Notes under the pieces: generated by a model
The model's database searches: none
What the model was told of the DNA's origin: nothing
Seen by the model: the letters and a program-made list of their open reading frames with translations, nothing else
Program-made: the position numbers and the translations under genes
Assembly (NCBI RefSeq): GCF_000011805.1
Contig: NC_006840.2
Length of the DNA stretch: 32,000 nt
Strand: one strand, 5' to 3'
Source of the DNA: Aliivibrio fischeri ES114
GTDB taxonomy: Bacteria; Pseudomonadota; Gammaproteobacteria; Enterobacterales; Vibrionaceae
Part shown: positions 9,473-18,969 of the stretch, piece by piece
Numbering within the stretch: the stretch's first letter is position 1
How the letters are laid out: each line of letters begins with the position of its first letter

Positions 9473-9511
9473 AGCCAGTTTATCTAGGTTAAATGTAGAC
9501 AAACTGGCTCA
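9473..9511 (-). terminator. Terminator downstream of the transporter gene
   Basis: Minus strand GAGCCAGTTTGTCTA ... TAGATAAACTGGCTC (15 bp, one GU) followed by TTCTTATTTTT. Confidence 0.75.
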
Positions 9512-9534
9512 ATAAAAGATCAATAATTAAGTTG

Positions 9535-10707
9535 TTATAGAGAACTGAAAAGTTGACTCATAATAATAAGTACACCAAAAGCAACGACCAATAAGAGTGC
9601 TCCGTTACCACCGATTACTTGGTATTCAGATCCTTTTTTAGTTTTTCTCGCTGAAATAACTAAAGCAACAGGTAAGAATAGAGCAAGAATAACAAGAGCA
9701 ATAGCAGCATAGCCTAAAGCCATGATAAAGCCTTGTGGGTAGAACAAAGCAAATAATAATGGTGGCGTGTAAGTTAATAAAGCGGTCACAATTGATGATT
9801 GTTGCCATTTTTTAGATGAATCACGTAAAAATTCAAATAATCCCAAACTTACACCAATGAATGAAGTTAATAGCGCAAGATCGGCAAATAAAGAGAGTGC
9901 TTGTTGAATAAATTGGTGATCTATTGTGCTTTGAATTTCAGTGATGAATTGATTTAGTCCGTTTATTTGGCCAAATTCATTTTGTGACAACAAGCCTAAT
10001 GTCATTCCTTGCCAAAATAAGTAAACAATTAAAGGTAGGGAAGAACCCACTAATAGACTTATTTTGATCTTTTTAACATCTAATTCAAGGTAGTTCACGA
10101 TTGCTGGAATACTGCCATGAAATCCAAACGAAGTGAAAATAACGGGTAATGCTGTAATAAATACACCTTGCTCAACAGGCAGTGCTAATAGGTATTCTCC
10201 AGTAATACTTGGCGTTAAAAAGAATAGAATAGAAACTAACATAACTAATTTTAACGTGAATAAACCACGGTTAATAATATCAACTGTTTTCGTACCAAAT
10301 GTAATGATGGTTGCAACAATACAGGTAAAGATAATCGTTGATGTAAAATTTGAAAACTCAAAAGGAAGCAGCTCATTTAATTTAGAATGAAATTGTTCAC
10401 TTCCTCCTGCAATGTAAGCCGCACACAAAGCGTAAAAAAGAAACAACATAGAGAAGGTTGCAACTTTTTGTCCGTGTTTTCCTAAAAATTGGCGAGCTAA
10501 ACTATGAAGCGTTGCGCTCTGTTCTCCATATTGATGAACTTCTAACATCAGTAGACTTGTATAGCTCATGATTGCCCAAATACCAATCATTAATAAACTT
10601 GCTGTAAAGAATCCTAGACTAGCGGAAACAAGAGGTAGGGCTAACATGCCAGCTCCTATGGTTGTTCCTGCTATAATTAACGAGCTTCCAAGTACTTTTG
10701 TCTTCAT
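9535..10707 (-). CDS. tyrP: Aromatic amino acid permease (TyrP/Mtr, HAAAP family)
   Basis: MKTKVLGSSLIIAGTTIGAGMLALPLVSASLGF start motif of the family. Start corrected from 10791 to 10707. Substrate (Tyr versus Trp) not provable from sequence; paired TyrR boxes upstream favour tyrP. Confidence 0.8.
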   Translation of the reverse strand: MKTKVLGSSLIIAGTTIGAGMLALPLVSASLGFFTASLLMIGIWAIMSYTSLLMLEVHQYGEQSATLHSLARQFLGKHGQKVATFSMLFLFYALCAAYIAGGSEQFHSKLNELLPFEFSNFTSTIIFTCIVATIITFGTKTVDIINRGLFTLKLVMLVSILFFLTPSITGEYLLALPVEQGVFITALPVIFTSFGFHGSIPAIVNYLELDVKKIKISLLVGSSLPLIVYLFWQGMTLGLLSQNEFGQINGLNQFITEIQSTIDHQFIQQALSLFADLALLTSFIGVSLGLFEFLRDSSKKWQQSSIVTALLTYTPPLLFALFYPQGFIMALGYAAIALVILALFLPVALVISARKTKKGSEYQVIGGNGALLLVVAFGVLIIMSQLFSSL

Positions 10708-10797
10708 ATACTTCTTCTTTCTTAAATTAGAGTAAATTTGGGTGCTTATTTTCGATGGTAGAAATGTACGACTATTCTGAATTGAATACAATAAAAA

Positions 10798-10815
10798 TGT
10801 ACAATTATAAATACA
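10798..10815. promoter_or_regulatory. Putative TyrR box (weaker)
   Basis: TGTACA-ATTATA-AATACA versus consensus TGTAAA-N6-TTTACA. Confidence 0.6.
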
Positions 10816-10820
10816 ATTAC

Positions 10821-10838
10821 TGTAATTATATGTTTACA
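10821..10838. promoter_or_regulatory. Putative TyrR box (stronger)
   Basis: TGTAAT-TATATG-TTTACA, one mismatch to TGTAAA-N6-TTTACA; 23 bp start-to-start from the neighbouring box. Confidence 0.7.
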
Positions 10839-10957
10839 CGCTAGGGCTGAAAGGCATTTTTATCAAAATAGAGTAAAATTAAAAGTAAGATGGTTTTTTA
10901 AAGTCACATATGTGATAAATTAGAAGTAATTATAGAAATATCAAAGAGGAAAGGTGC

Positions 10958-12190
10958 ATGTTGCAAGTAGCAATGATTAGCACAGGCGAAGAAGTTTTAC
11001 ATGGTGATATTGTTGATACCAATGCTGCTTGGATGTCGCAACTTTTTTATCAACATGGCTTCAAATTATCAAATCGCTCTACTGTCGGCGATAACATTGA
11101 TGCGTTAGTAGCAGAGATACACCATCAGACTAATCAAGCATCAATCGTAATTGTTAATGGTGGCTTAGGTCCAACCTCTGATGATATTTCTAGTGAAGCT
11201 GCGGCAAAAGTATTAAATACCAATTTGGTTATGTCGCAATATTGGCTTGATCGCATGCAAGCTCGTTACCTTGAACAAGGTAAAGAAATGCCACACAGTA
11301 ATATCAAGCAAGCAATGCTACCTGAAGGTACACAACTTATTGATAATCCGGTAGGGACTGCATGTGGATTCTTTATTGAAATAAACAAATCAATTGTTAT
11401 TTTTACCCCAGGTGTACCGTCAGAATTCAAAGTGATGGTAGAGCACCAGATCTTGCCTCGAATGAAACAATGGCATCCAATGGTTGAAGCGTCTGAATGT
11501 AGCCGTTTATTTACCTTTGGTTTATCAGAATCTGGTATTCAAGATAAGTTGCAACAAGTTCGTTTACCTCATGGTTTTGAAATTGGTTACCGTTCAGCAC
11601 TTCCATTTATTGAAGTGAAATTGTTTGGCCCTAAAAATCATGATGGACGCTTTCCTACTTTAGAGAAAATGTATCATTTACTTGGTGATAATGTGGTGAG
11701 TGTTGATGAATCGATGCTACCTAACGTAGGTGCACTTTTAAATGAATTTTCACTGAACTTCACGGTTGCTGAACAAGCGACAGGTGGGTGGTTAACTAAT
11801 TGGTTGCAAGAGGATGAACAAATTCGTTCTCATATGAAACAAGGTTGGATTTTATCATCTCAAGTTGACCAGCAAATGGCGGGACAAGATCCATTGGCTG
11901 CTGCGTTAGCATTAGCTGCAGCAACAAGAGAAAGAACACAGACATCAATTGGCTTATCTTCAGGACCAATGCTTGAAGGAAAAGTCGCTGTAGCTCTTTC
12001 TACATCGTATGGTGAGTGGGGACAGTTGGTAAGTCTGAAGCGAGACTATAGCTATAATGAAATGCGCTCTATTATTTCAACACTAATGTTAGATATGTTG
12101 CGCCGTTGCTTAGAACGCAAGCCTATGTTTGGTGAGTACCAATCGCTAAATAGAGAATCTGAAATATATGTACCGCAAAGTGCGCTGTAG
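10958..12190 (+). CDS. CinA-like protein with MoCF-type N-terminal domain (YfaY type)
   Basis: MLQVAMISTGEEVLHGDIVDTNAAWMSQ, VNGGLGPTSDDISSEA, IFTPGVPSEFKVM; C-terminal domain divergent. Confidence 0.87.
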   Translation: MLQVAMISTGEEVLHGDIVDTNAAWMSQLFYQHGFKLSNRSTVGDNIDALVAEIHHQTNQASIVIVNGGLGPTSDDISSEAAAKVLNTNLVMSQYWLDRMQARYLEQGKEMPHSNIKQAMLPEGTQLIDNPVGTACGFFIEINKSIVIFTPGVPSEFKVMVEHQILPRMKQWHPMVEASECSRLFTFGLSESGIQDKLQQVRLPHGFEIGYRSALPFIEVKLFGPKNHDGRFPTLEKMYHLLGDNVVSVDESMLPNVGALLNEFSLNFTVAEQATGGWLTNWLQEDEQIRSHMKQGWILSSQVDQQMAGQDPLAAALALAAATRERTQTSIGLSSGPMLEGKVAVALSTSYGEWGQLVSLKRDYSYNEMRSIISTLMLDMLRRCLERKPMFGEYQSLNRESEIYVPQSAL

Positions 12191-12221
12191 ACACATTTCA
12201 GAATAAGACATAGAACACAAT

Positions 12222-12256
12222 AAGCCCAATAGGATAACTCTTGTTGGGCTTTTTTA
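12222..12256. terminator. Hairpin/terminator between convergent cinA-like and ferredoxin genes
   Basis: AAGCCCAA ... TTGGGCTT followed by TTTTT. Confidence 0.7.
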
Positions 12257-12532
12257 TGCTTTTTTAACTAACGTTTGAAATTGTAGCCCTTCAATAACTA
12301 AGTCCGTTTTCGCTTTACAAACGCAGGGAAGAATTTCATTTGGTCCGATAAAAGCAAGAGGAAAAGATTGATATTCCACTTCGCCTGACACTAGAGTACA
12401 ACGACAAGTACCACAATCGCCACTTCTGCATTGAGATTCAACAACCAGTCCTTGTTGCTCCATTACTTCTAATAAAGAACGATGTGACGTGTTATGTAGC
12501 GTTATTATCTTGTTGATGTGTATTTTAGTCAT
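12254..12532 (-). CDS. yfaE: 2Fe-2S ferredoxin, YfaE-like, diferric-tyrosyl cofactor maintenance for class Ia RNR
   Basis: CRSGDCGTCRC ... LPCVC (C-x4-C-x2-C ... C) plant-type 2Fe-2S motif; near nrdB on same strand. Confidence 0.87.
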   Translation of the reverse strand: MTKIHINKIITLHNTSHRSLLEVMEQQGLVVESQCRSGDCGTCRCTLVSGEVEYQSFPLAFIGPNEILPCVCKAKTDLVIEGLQFQTLVKKA

Positions 12533-12610
12533 GCTTAAAGAGCTTTCAGTTTATTTCCCTTAAGAAAGAGTAACACAAGCCATGAAATATTGAAGGTGAT
12601 AAATGAGAAA

Positions 12611-14686
12611 TTAATACATGGTTTCTTTGATATGCGCTAATTCAAAATAGCAATTTCGGCCATTTTCTTTTGCTTGATATAGTGCTCTATCAGCAGTATT
12701 AACCAGAGAATTCAGGCTGAGTTGGTTTTCAGGATCTTTGTTATAACCAATACCGACAGAGATTGATAAATAGCATGAACAAGTTGATGCCTTATGTGGT
12801 ATCAATAGCTTTTTCACTTCTATTAATAACTTATCTAATTTTTGACGGATCTTTTCTGGCTTTATGCTCGGTATTAGAACGAAAAATTCGTCGCCACCAT
12901 AGCGATATACTTGGGTTTCTAAACTATGAAAACCTTGCTTGATTAAACGACTAACTTGAATAAGAACTTCATCACCAGCAATATGACCATACGTATCGTT
13001 GTATTCTTTATAGTGGTCGATGTCGATCATTATCCCAGTGTACTCTTGATTCTGTTGTTGTTTTAATTGATTGAAATGAGCTTCAAGAGATTTTCTATTC
13101 CATATCTGTGTAAGATGATCTGTTTGGGATAAATGCAAAAGTTGTTGGCGATTGTACTGATTTTCAAGGGCGATGGATATGTAGCTTATGAGTTGCGAAA
13201 ACAGCTCAAAATGAAAAGTTTGATACTGGTAGCTTTCTCTTGCTTGTATGGTGAATACCCCTTTTACTTCACCATTGATAGTAATAGGAGAGAACATAGC
13301 CGATTTAAATTGCACTTTGCTATCACAACGATCACCTAGCATTGCTACTTTTTGTTCGCTGTTCATATGATTAAAATAAAAAGCAGAATTACTTTTTATG
13401 CAGTAACTCATATAAGTGGCTTCACTTTTACAATCGGTGATGTATGGCGTTTGCGCTGGTAAATTATTATCCAAGTAATGAATCGTAATTTGATCTTGTT
13501 CAGAGTTATAAAATCCCAGAGCGAGCGTATCTGTTTGAAACAGAGAGGCGAGGTCTTGCTGTATTTGTGGCAATGCATTTTTAATATCACTACTGGTATT
13601 AATGTAATGCCCAACTTTATTTATAACGGCTAAATTATCCGATAGTGATTTCATGGTACTTAGGTTTAATTTAGCAACGTTTAAGCGATACAGCTGTTGT
13701 AAATAATCACCTTCACGCTTAAGCAACTCTCTTCTTGAATTAAGTAATGAAGAGGTAAGGGTCTGATAATGTTTCTCACGAATATTGATATCATCGATGT
13801 CTTTTATTCTTAATAGAATGATATCGTTGAAACCATCGATAAGCTTGTCACTTTCTATTTTTTTTGCCACAGCTAAACCAAGAGCAATAAATTGATCTAG
13901 TTTTTTATATTGCAAGCAACTAGTTAAAAAGTGGCAGTACTCTAAGATCATTTCAGCATAATAATAATCATGCTCGGATATTTGCATATTCTCAATAGAT
14001 AAGAGATGGAGTTTATCAGCTTGTTCGAATTCACCTGAATGGCTTGCTATCTCTGCTTTAATTTTGTAGTAAAACCCTAAATATCTTGGTTCATTTTTAA
14101 TATCTTGATATAGGTTTTCAAGTAATTCATTTGCTTCGGTAAAAAGGAATTGCTTAGCTTTTATTTCTGCAATATTAAAATATGACAGGGCTGCTGCGGT
14201 CTTAGGGCCATGTTGAGAGAGTAGTTCAGCAGCTTGTGTTAGGTAGATTAAGGCTTCATTAAAATTACCAATTTGGCGAAAAATATCACCAATATTGTTT
14301 TTTATTATCCCCGTAATATAGCCATCGCAGAACTGCTGCATTTTTTCGGCTTTTGCCAGAAATTTTTGAGCATAAAAGTAATTTCCGAGCATGCCATAAA
14401 GCGTGCCGATATTGTAATGACAGAAGCAGATTAAAAATTCTTGTTGGTTTTGTTGACTAAAATTAATGGCATCAAAAAAGACACTAATAGAGTCAATGAG
14501 CTTTCCTGAGCGAGAAAGTTGATAGGCTTGAAAAATGAGCTCAAATTCAGTTGGGATAGTTTTTTTTTGCTTTGATGCTTCGACTATTAAAAGATTAAGA
14601 CGTAACTGTACGTGCTCTTTTGAAGAAGCCATAGGTAATTGTCGTACTTGTTCGAGCAGTAACTCATTCCATTGATTCTTAGCCAT
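12611..14686 (-). CDS. TPR-like / GAF-like / GGDEF diguanylate cyclase
   Basis: C-terminal YRYGGDEFFVLIP and LSQTDHLTQIWNRKSLE; middle NGEVKGVFTIQARESYQYQTFHFELFSQLISYISIALEN is GAF-like; N-terminal helical repeats. Confidence 0.88.
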   Translation of the reverse strand: MAKNQWNELLLEQVRQLPMASSKEHVQLRLNLLIVEASKQKKTIPTEFELIFQAYQLSRSGKLIDSISVFFDAINFSQQNQQEFLICFCHYNIGTLYGMLGNYFYAQKFLAKAEKMQQFCDGYITGIIKNNIGDIFRQIGNFNEALIYLTQAAELLSQHGPKTAAALSYFNIAEIKAKQFLFTEANELLENLYQDIKNEPRYLGFYYKIKAEIASHSGEFEQADKLHLLSIENMQISEHDYYYAEMILEYCHFLTSCLQYKKLDQFIALGLAVAKKIESDKLIDGFNDIILLRIKDIDDINIREKHYQTLTSSLLNSRRELLKREGDYLQQLYRLNVAKLNLSTMKSLSDNLAVINKVGHYINTSSDIKNALPQIQQDLASLFQTDTLALGFYNSEQDQITIHYLDNNLPAQTPYITDCKSEATYMSYCIKSNSAFYFNHMNSEQKVAMLGDRCDSKVQFKSAMFSPITINGEVKGVFTIQARESYQYQTFHFELFSQLISYISIALENQYNRQQLLHLSQTDHLTQIWNRKSLEAHFNQLKQQQNQEYTGIMIDIDHYKEYNDTYGHIAGDEVLIQVSRLIKQGFHSLETQVYRYGGDEFFVLIPSIKPEKIRQKLDKLLIEVKKLLIPHKASTCSCYLSISVGIGYNKDPENQLSLNSLVNTADRALYQAKENGRNCYFELAHIKETMY

Positions 14687-14845
14687 AATTCTTTTTTATA
14701 ATTTTTAGTCTAATTACAAGAGATTATCGCATGGATGTTCTTTTATATGAAGCGAAGTCTCATTTCTGAGTTGTTAAAAATGAAAATTGTGCGCAAGGTT
14801 GAATTATTATCCGCAAATCTATCAATAAGGTTTATTACTGATAAT

Positions 14846-14875
14846 AAAAAGCCGAGCATGAAAGCTCGGCTTTGG
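14846..14875 (-). terminator. Terminator downstream of nrdB
   Basis: AAAGCCGAGC-ATGAAA-GCTCGGCTTT; minus strand ends with TTTTTATTAT. Confidence 0.75.
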
Positions 14876-14892
14876 CGTTTATATATGTTTGT

Positions 14893-16026
14893 TTATAATT
14901 CGAAATCGCCTAAGTCGTCTGCATCAACATCATTGTCAATTTGGCCTACTAGGTAGGAGCTGATTTCGGTTTCTTGTGGAGCAACTTGAACGTTGTCAGA
15001 ACTTAACCATGAGTTAATCCATGGGATAGGGTTCTGTGTTGCGCCTTCGTACGCACTATTTAGACCAACCGCTTTCATGCGAAGGTTTGTAATATACTCT
15101 ACGTATTGGCAAAGAATATCTTTGTTTAAACCAATCATTGAGCCATCTTTAAATAGGTAGTTTGCCCATTGTTTTTCTTGCTCAGCTGCTGCTTTAAATA
15201 GATCAAAACATTCTTGTTCGCATTCTGCTGCAATCTCAACAAACTCAGGGTCATCTTGTCCAGTACGAAGTAAGTTCAACATGTGTTGAGTACTTGTTAG
15301 GTGTAATGATTCATCACGAGCGATCAGCTTGATGATTTTTGCGTTACCTTCCATCAGTTCACGTTCAGCAAAAGCAAATGAACAAGCAAAACTTACGTAG
15401 AATCGAATGGCTTCTAGTGCATTAACTGACATTAAGCATAGGTATAATTTCTTTTTAAGCTCACGCTTAGAAATAGTAATTTCTTGACCGTTTAAAACGT
15501 GTGTACCTTCACCGAAGCGATGATAATCATTTGTTGCTTGAATTAGATTATCGTAATAGTGAGCAATGTCTTTTGCACGTTTTAGGATCTCTTCATTTTC
15601 AACAATATCGTCAAAAATAACAGAAGGGTTATTAACGATATTACGAATAATATGAGTATAAGAACGTGAGTGAATTGTTTCAGAGAACGACCAAGTTTCA
15701 ATCCACGTCTCTAGTTCAGGAATAGAAACAAGAGGAAGTAAAGCAACATTTGGACTACGACCTTGAATTGAATCAAGTAACGTTTGGTATTTTAAGTTGC
15801 TGATGAAGATGTGTTGTTCGTGTTCTGGTAAGTTGTTGTAATCAATACGGTCACCAGAAACATCAACTTCTTCCGGACGCCAGAAAAATGAAAGTTGTTT
15901 TTCGATAAGTTTTTCAAAAATTTGAAACTTTTGTTGGTCATAACGAGCAACGTTTACCGAGTTACCTAAAAACATAGGTTCTTTCAATTGATCATTTTTT
16001 TCTTGTCGGAAAGTACTGTACGCCAT
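14893..16026 (-). CDS. nrdB: Class Ia ribonucleotide reductase beta subunit
   Basis: [83 protein letters not shown]. Confidence 0.97.
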   Translation of the reverse strand: MAYSTFRQEKNDQLKEPMFLGNSVNVARYDQQKFQIFEKLIEKQLSFFWRPEEVDVSGDRIDYNNLPEHEQHIFISNLKYQTLLDSIQGRSPNVALLPLVSIPELETWIETWSFSETIHSRSYTHIIRNIVNNPSVIFDDIVENEEILKRAKDIAHYYDNLIQATNDYHRFGEGTHVLNGQEITISKRELKKKLYLCLMSVNALEAIRFYVSFACSFAFAERELMEGNAKIIKLIARDESLHLTSTQHMLNLLRTGQDDPEFVEIAAECEQECFDLFKAAAEQEKQWANYLFKDGSMIGLNKDILCQYVEYITNLRMKAVGLNSAYEGATQNPIPWINSWLSSDNVQVAPQETEISSYLVGQIDNDVDADDLGDFEL

Positions 16027-16198
16027 GGAAACCTCAATGTTATCAAAGCCAAAGAAATAGAAAAGGGCTCTTTATTTAAAAATTATGCCGATAGATACCT
16101 ATACGAACTTAGGTACATATTGGATTAACCATTAAAGATGTTGAAACTAAAGATGATAAGCCCGCTAATGAAAGCGGGCTAAATATTAATGTGAAAAC

Positions 16199-18475
16199 TT
16201 AGATCTTACAACCACCGCCTGCACAATCGTCATCTTGTCCTAGGTCGTCTTGTGAGTCGCTAGCACCATCACGAGTGTTATGGTAGTAAAGTGTTTTAAG
16301 ACCAAGCTTATAAGCCGTTAGAAGGTCTTTTAATAACAGCTTCATTGGCACTTTGCCATTTGGTTGAATGTTTGGATCGTAATTAGTATTCGCTGAAATT
16401 GCTTGGTCAACGAATTTTTGCATGATACCTACAAGCTGTAGATAGCCATCGTTTGAACCAATGTTCCAAAGTAGTTCATAGTTGTTTTTCAGATTCGCAA
16501 AATCAGGAACAACTTGTTTCAAAATACCATCTTTTGATGCTTTAACTGATACAAAACCACGTGGTGGTTCAATACCGTTAGTTGCATTTGAGATTTGAGA
16601 AGACGTCTCAGATGGCATCAGTGCAGATAGTGTAGAGTTACGTAGACCGTGTGTCTTGATCTCTTCACGCAATGTTTCCCAATCTAAATGCAATTCTTCA
16701 TTACAGATAGCATCGATATCTTTCTTGTAAGAATCGATAGGTAGAATACCTTGAGCATAGGTTGTTTCATTGAAAGCAGGACATGCACCTTGCTCTTTTG
16801 CTAGACCAACAGATGCTTTTAATAGGTAGTATTGAATCGCTTCAAATGTTTTGTGCGTTAAACCATTTGCACTACCATCAGAGTATTTCACACCATTTTT
16901 TGCAAGGTAGTAAGCGTAGTTAATAACACCCACACCCAATGTACGGCGGTTCATTGTTGATTTGTATGCTGCTGGAAGAGGGTAGTCTTGATAATCTAAA
17001 AGCGCATCAAGAGCACGAACAGCAAGCTCAGCAAGCTCTTCAAGTTCTTCTAGTTTTTCAATTGCACCTAAGTTAAATGCAGAAAGCGTACATAATGCAA
17101 TTTCACCTTCTTCGTCATTAACGTGAGTTAGTGGCTTAGTTGGAAGTGCAATTTCTAAACATAGGTTAGATTGGCGTACAGGAGCAACACTTGGGTCAAA
17201 TGGACTGTGTGTATTACAGTGGTCAACGTTTTGAATGTAAATACGGCCAGTTGATGCACGTTCTTGCATTAGTAGTGAGAACAGCTCAATTGCTTTTACT
17301 GTTTCACGTTTAATCGACGTGTCTTGCTCGTATTTTTCATATAGGCGTTCAAACTCAGCTTGATCAGCAAAGAATGCATCGTATAGCCCTGGAACATCTG
17401 AAGGTGAGAACAAGCTAATGTTTCCGCCTTTGATTAAGCGTGTGTACATCAGTTTATTGATTTGTACACCGTAATCCATATGACGAACACGGTTCTCTTC
17501 AACACCACGGTTGTTTTTAAGAACAAGTAGAGATTCCACTTCACGGTGCCAAATAGGGTAGAACAGCGTTGCTGCGCCACCACGAACACCACCTTGTGAA
17601 CAACATTTAACAGCTGTCTGGAAGTATTTGTAGAATGGGATACAACCTGTGTGGAATGCTTCACCATCACGGATTTCAGAACCAAGAGCACGAATACGAC
17701 CTGCGTTGATACCGATACCTGCACGTTGAGATACATAACGAACAATAGAACCTGCTGTTGCGTTAATTGAATCTAAGCTATCGTCACACTCAATTAATAC
17801 ACATGAGCTAAATTGACGAGTAGGAGTACGTACACCAGACATAATTGGTGTTGGCAATGAGATCTTAAATTGTGACGTAGCATCATAGAAACGCTTGATG
17901 TAATCAAGACGAGTATCTTTTGGATATTTAGCAAATAGACATGCCGCAACAAGGATATAAAGGAACTGTGCACTCTCGTAAATTGCGCCCGTTACGCGGT
18001 TTTGAACAAAGTACTTACCTTCAAGTTGTTTAACTGCAGCATAAGAGAAGTCCATGTCACGATTGTGATCGATCATTTGATCCATTAGAGCAAATTCTTC
18101 TTGAGTGTAGTCTTCAACGATGTGTTTATCGTATTTACCAAGCTCAATAAGATTAAGAACGTGGTTAAACAGCGTTGGTGGCTCAAATTGGCCATATGCT
18201 TTCTTACGAAGGTGGAAAACAGACAAGCGAGCAGCTAAATATTGATAATCTGGAGTGTCTTCAGAAATTAAATCAGCGGCAGCTTTGATGATGGTTTCAT
18301 GAATATCAGAAGTCTTCATGCCATCGTAAAATTGGATATGAGATTTCATTTCGACTTGTGATACAGAAACATTATCTAGACCTTCTGCAGCCCATGTGAT
18401 CACTTTATGGATCTTGTCTAGATTAATTTTTTCTGTGCTGCCATTTCGCTTAGTAACGGTAAGCTGTTGAGTCAT
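16199..18475 (-). CDS. nrdA: Class Ia ribonucleotide reductase alpha subunit
   Basis: VTKRNGSTEKINLDKIHKVI, RAGIGINAGRIRALGS, YIQNVDHCNTHSPFD, NLCLEIALPTKP, C-terminal CAGGGCKI. Confidence 0.98.
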   Translation of the reverse strand: MTQQLTVTKRNGSTEKINLDKIHKVITWAAEGLDNVSVSQVEMKSHIQFYDGMKTSDIHETIIKAAADLISEDTPDYQYLAARLSVFHLRKKAYGQFEPPTLFNHVLNLIELGKYDKHIVEDYTQEEFALMDQMIDHNRDMDFSYAAVKQLEGKYFVQNRVTGAIYESAQFLYILVAACLFAKYPKDTRLDYIKRFYDATSQFKISLPTPIMSGVRTPTRQFSSCVLIECDDSLDSINATAGSIVRYVSQRAGIGINAGRIRALGSEIRDGEAFHTGCIPFYKYFQTAVKCCSQGGVRGGAATLFYPIWHREVESLLVLKNNRGVEENRVRHMDYGVQINKLMYTRLIKGGNISLFSPSDVPGLYDAFFADQAEFERLYEKYEQDTSIKRETVKAIELFSLLMQERASTGRIYIQNVDHCNTHSPFDPSVAPVRQSNLCLEIALPTKPLTHVNDEEGEIALCTLSAFNLGAIEKLEELEELAELAVRALDALLDYQDYPLPAAYKSTMNRRTLGVGVINYAYYLAKNGVKYSDGSANGLTHKTFEAIQYYLLKASVGLAKEQGACPAFNETTYAQGILPIDSYKKDIDAICNEELHLDWETLREEIKTHGLRNSTLSALMPSETSSQISNATNGIEPPRGFVSVKASKDGILKQVVPDFANLKNNYELLWNIGSNDGYLQLVGIMQKFVDQAISANTNYDPNIQPNGKVPMKLLLKDLLTAYKLGLKTLYYHNTRDGASDSQDDLGQDDDCAGGGCKI

Positions 18476-18572
18476 TTGTCTACTTTTCCTTTCAATAAAG
18501 AACGAAGATGTAATTTTTGTAATTTTCGTTGTTAATTTGTGATCAAGCTCATAGTGGTGCGCTTTGAAATAA

Positions 18573-18588
18573 ACACAAGATATAGGGC
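18573..18588. promoter_or_regulatory. Putative NrdR box, proximal
   Basis: ACACAAGATATAGGGC; shares ACAAGATA with a second copy 31 bp away. Confidence 0.6.
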
Positions 18589-18603
18589 TTAATGATTAAT
18601 TGA

Positions 18604-18619
18604 CTACAAGATAGTGATT
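18604..18619. promoter_or_regulatory. Putative NrdR box, distal
   Basis: CTACAAGATAGTGATT, second copy at 31 bp offset. Confidence 0.6.
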
Positions 18620-18656
18620 ATTTTGCCTCTGATCAAGTTTGAAAATCAGTGTCTCC

Positions 18657-18665
18657 TGTGGATAA
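18657..18665. promoter_or_regulatory. DnaA box
   Basis: TGTGGATAA, exact reverse complement of TTATCCACA. Confidence 0.6.
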
Positions 18666-18969
18666 CCTATGAATTAAAAAAAACAGTAAGTATCTACTAA
18701 CCTAATCACTTTAGTGATATCAAGGTGTCAGAAATAACGTTTTTTATTATGGTTGATAAGTAAGCAGTTAAAAAAATATTTTTCTTGATTTTTGTCGTTT
18801 ATGAGGATCTTTGCATTTTAGAAAAAAATGATGATTTCTCATTCAATTTGGCATGATAAATGAAATGTAGAATTTAGGTATAGCAGTATATTAATTAAGG
18901 TTATAAATGGCTCTTTAATGAGACGCTTGTATAATAAAAAGCCATTTAGATTAAGAAAGAAGCAGAAGG

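Noticed and set aside
14735-14956. Plus-strand 73-aa ORF
   Set aside because: Runs through the nrdB terminator and the nrdB 3' end in antisense; no motif.
17449-17745. Plus-strand ORF inside nrdA
   Set aside because: Antisense to nrdA with Val-rich translation; chance.
18905-18947. AAATGGCT ... AGCCATTT inverted repeat downstream of ubiG, considered as a small RNA
   Set aside because: Only 8 bp with a 27-nt loop and no clear promoter-terminator pair; at most a weak terminator.
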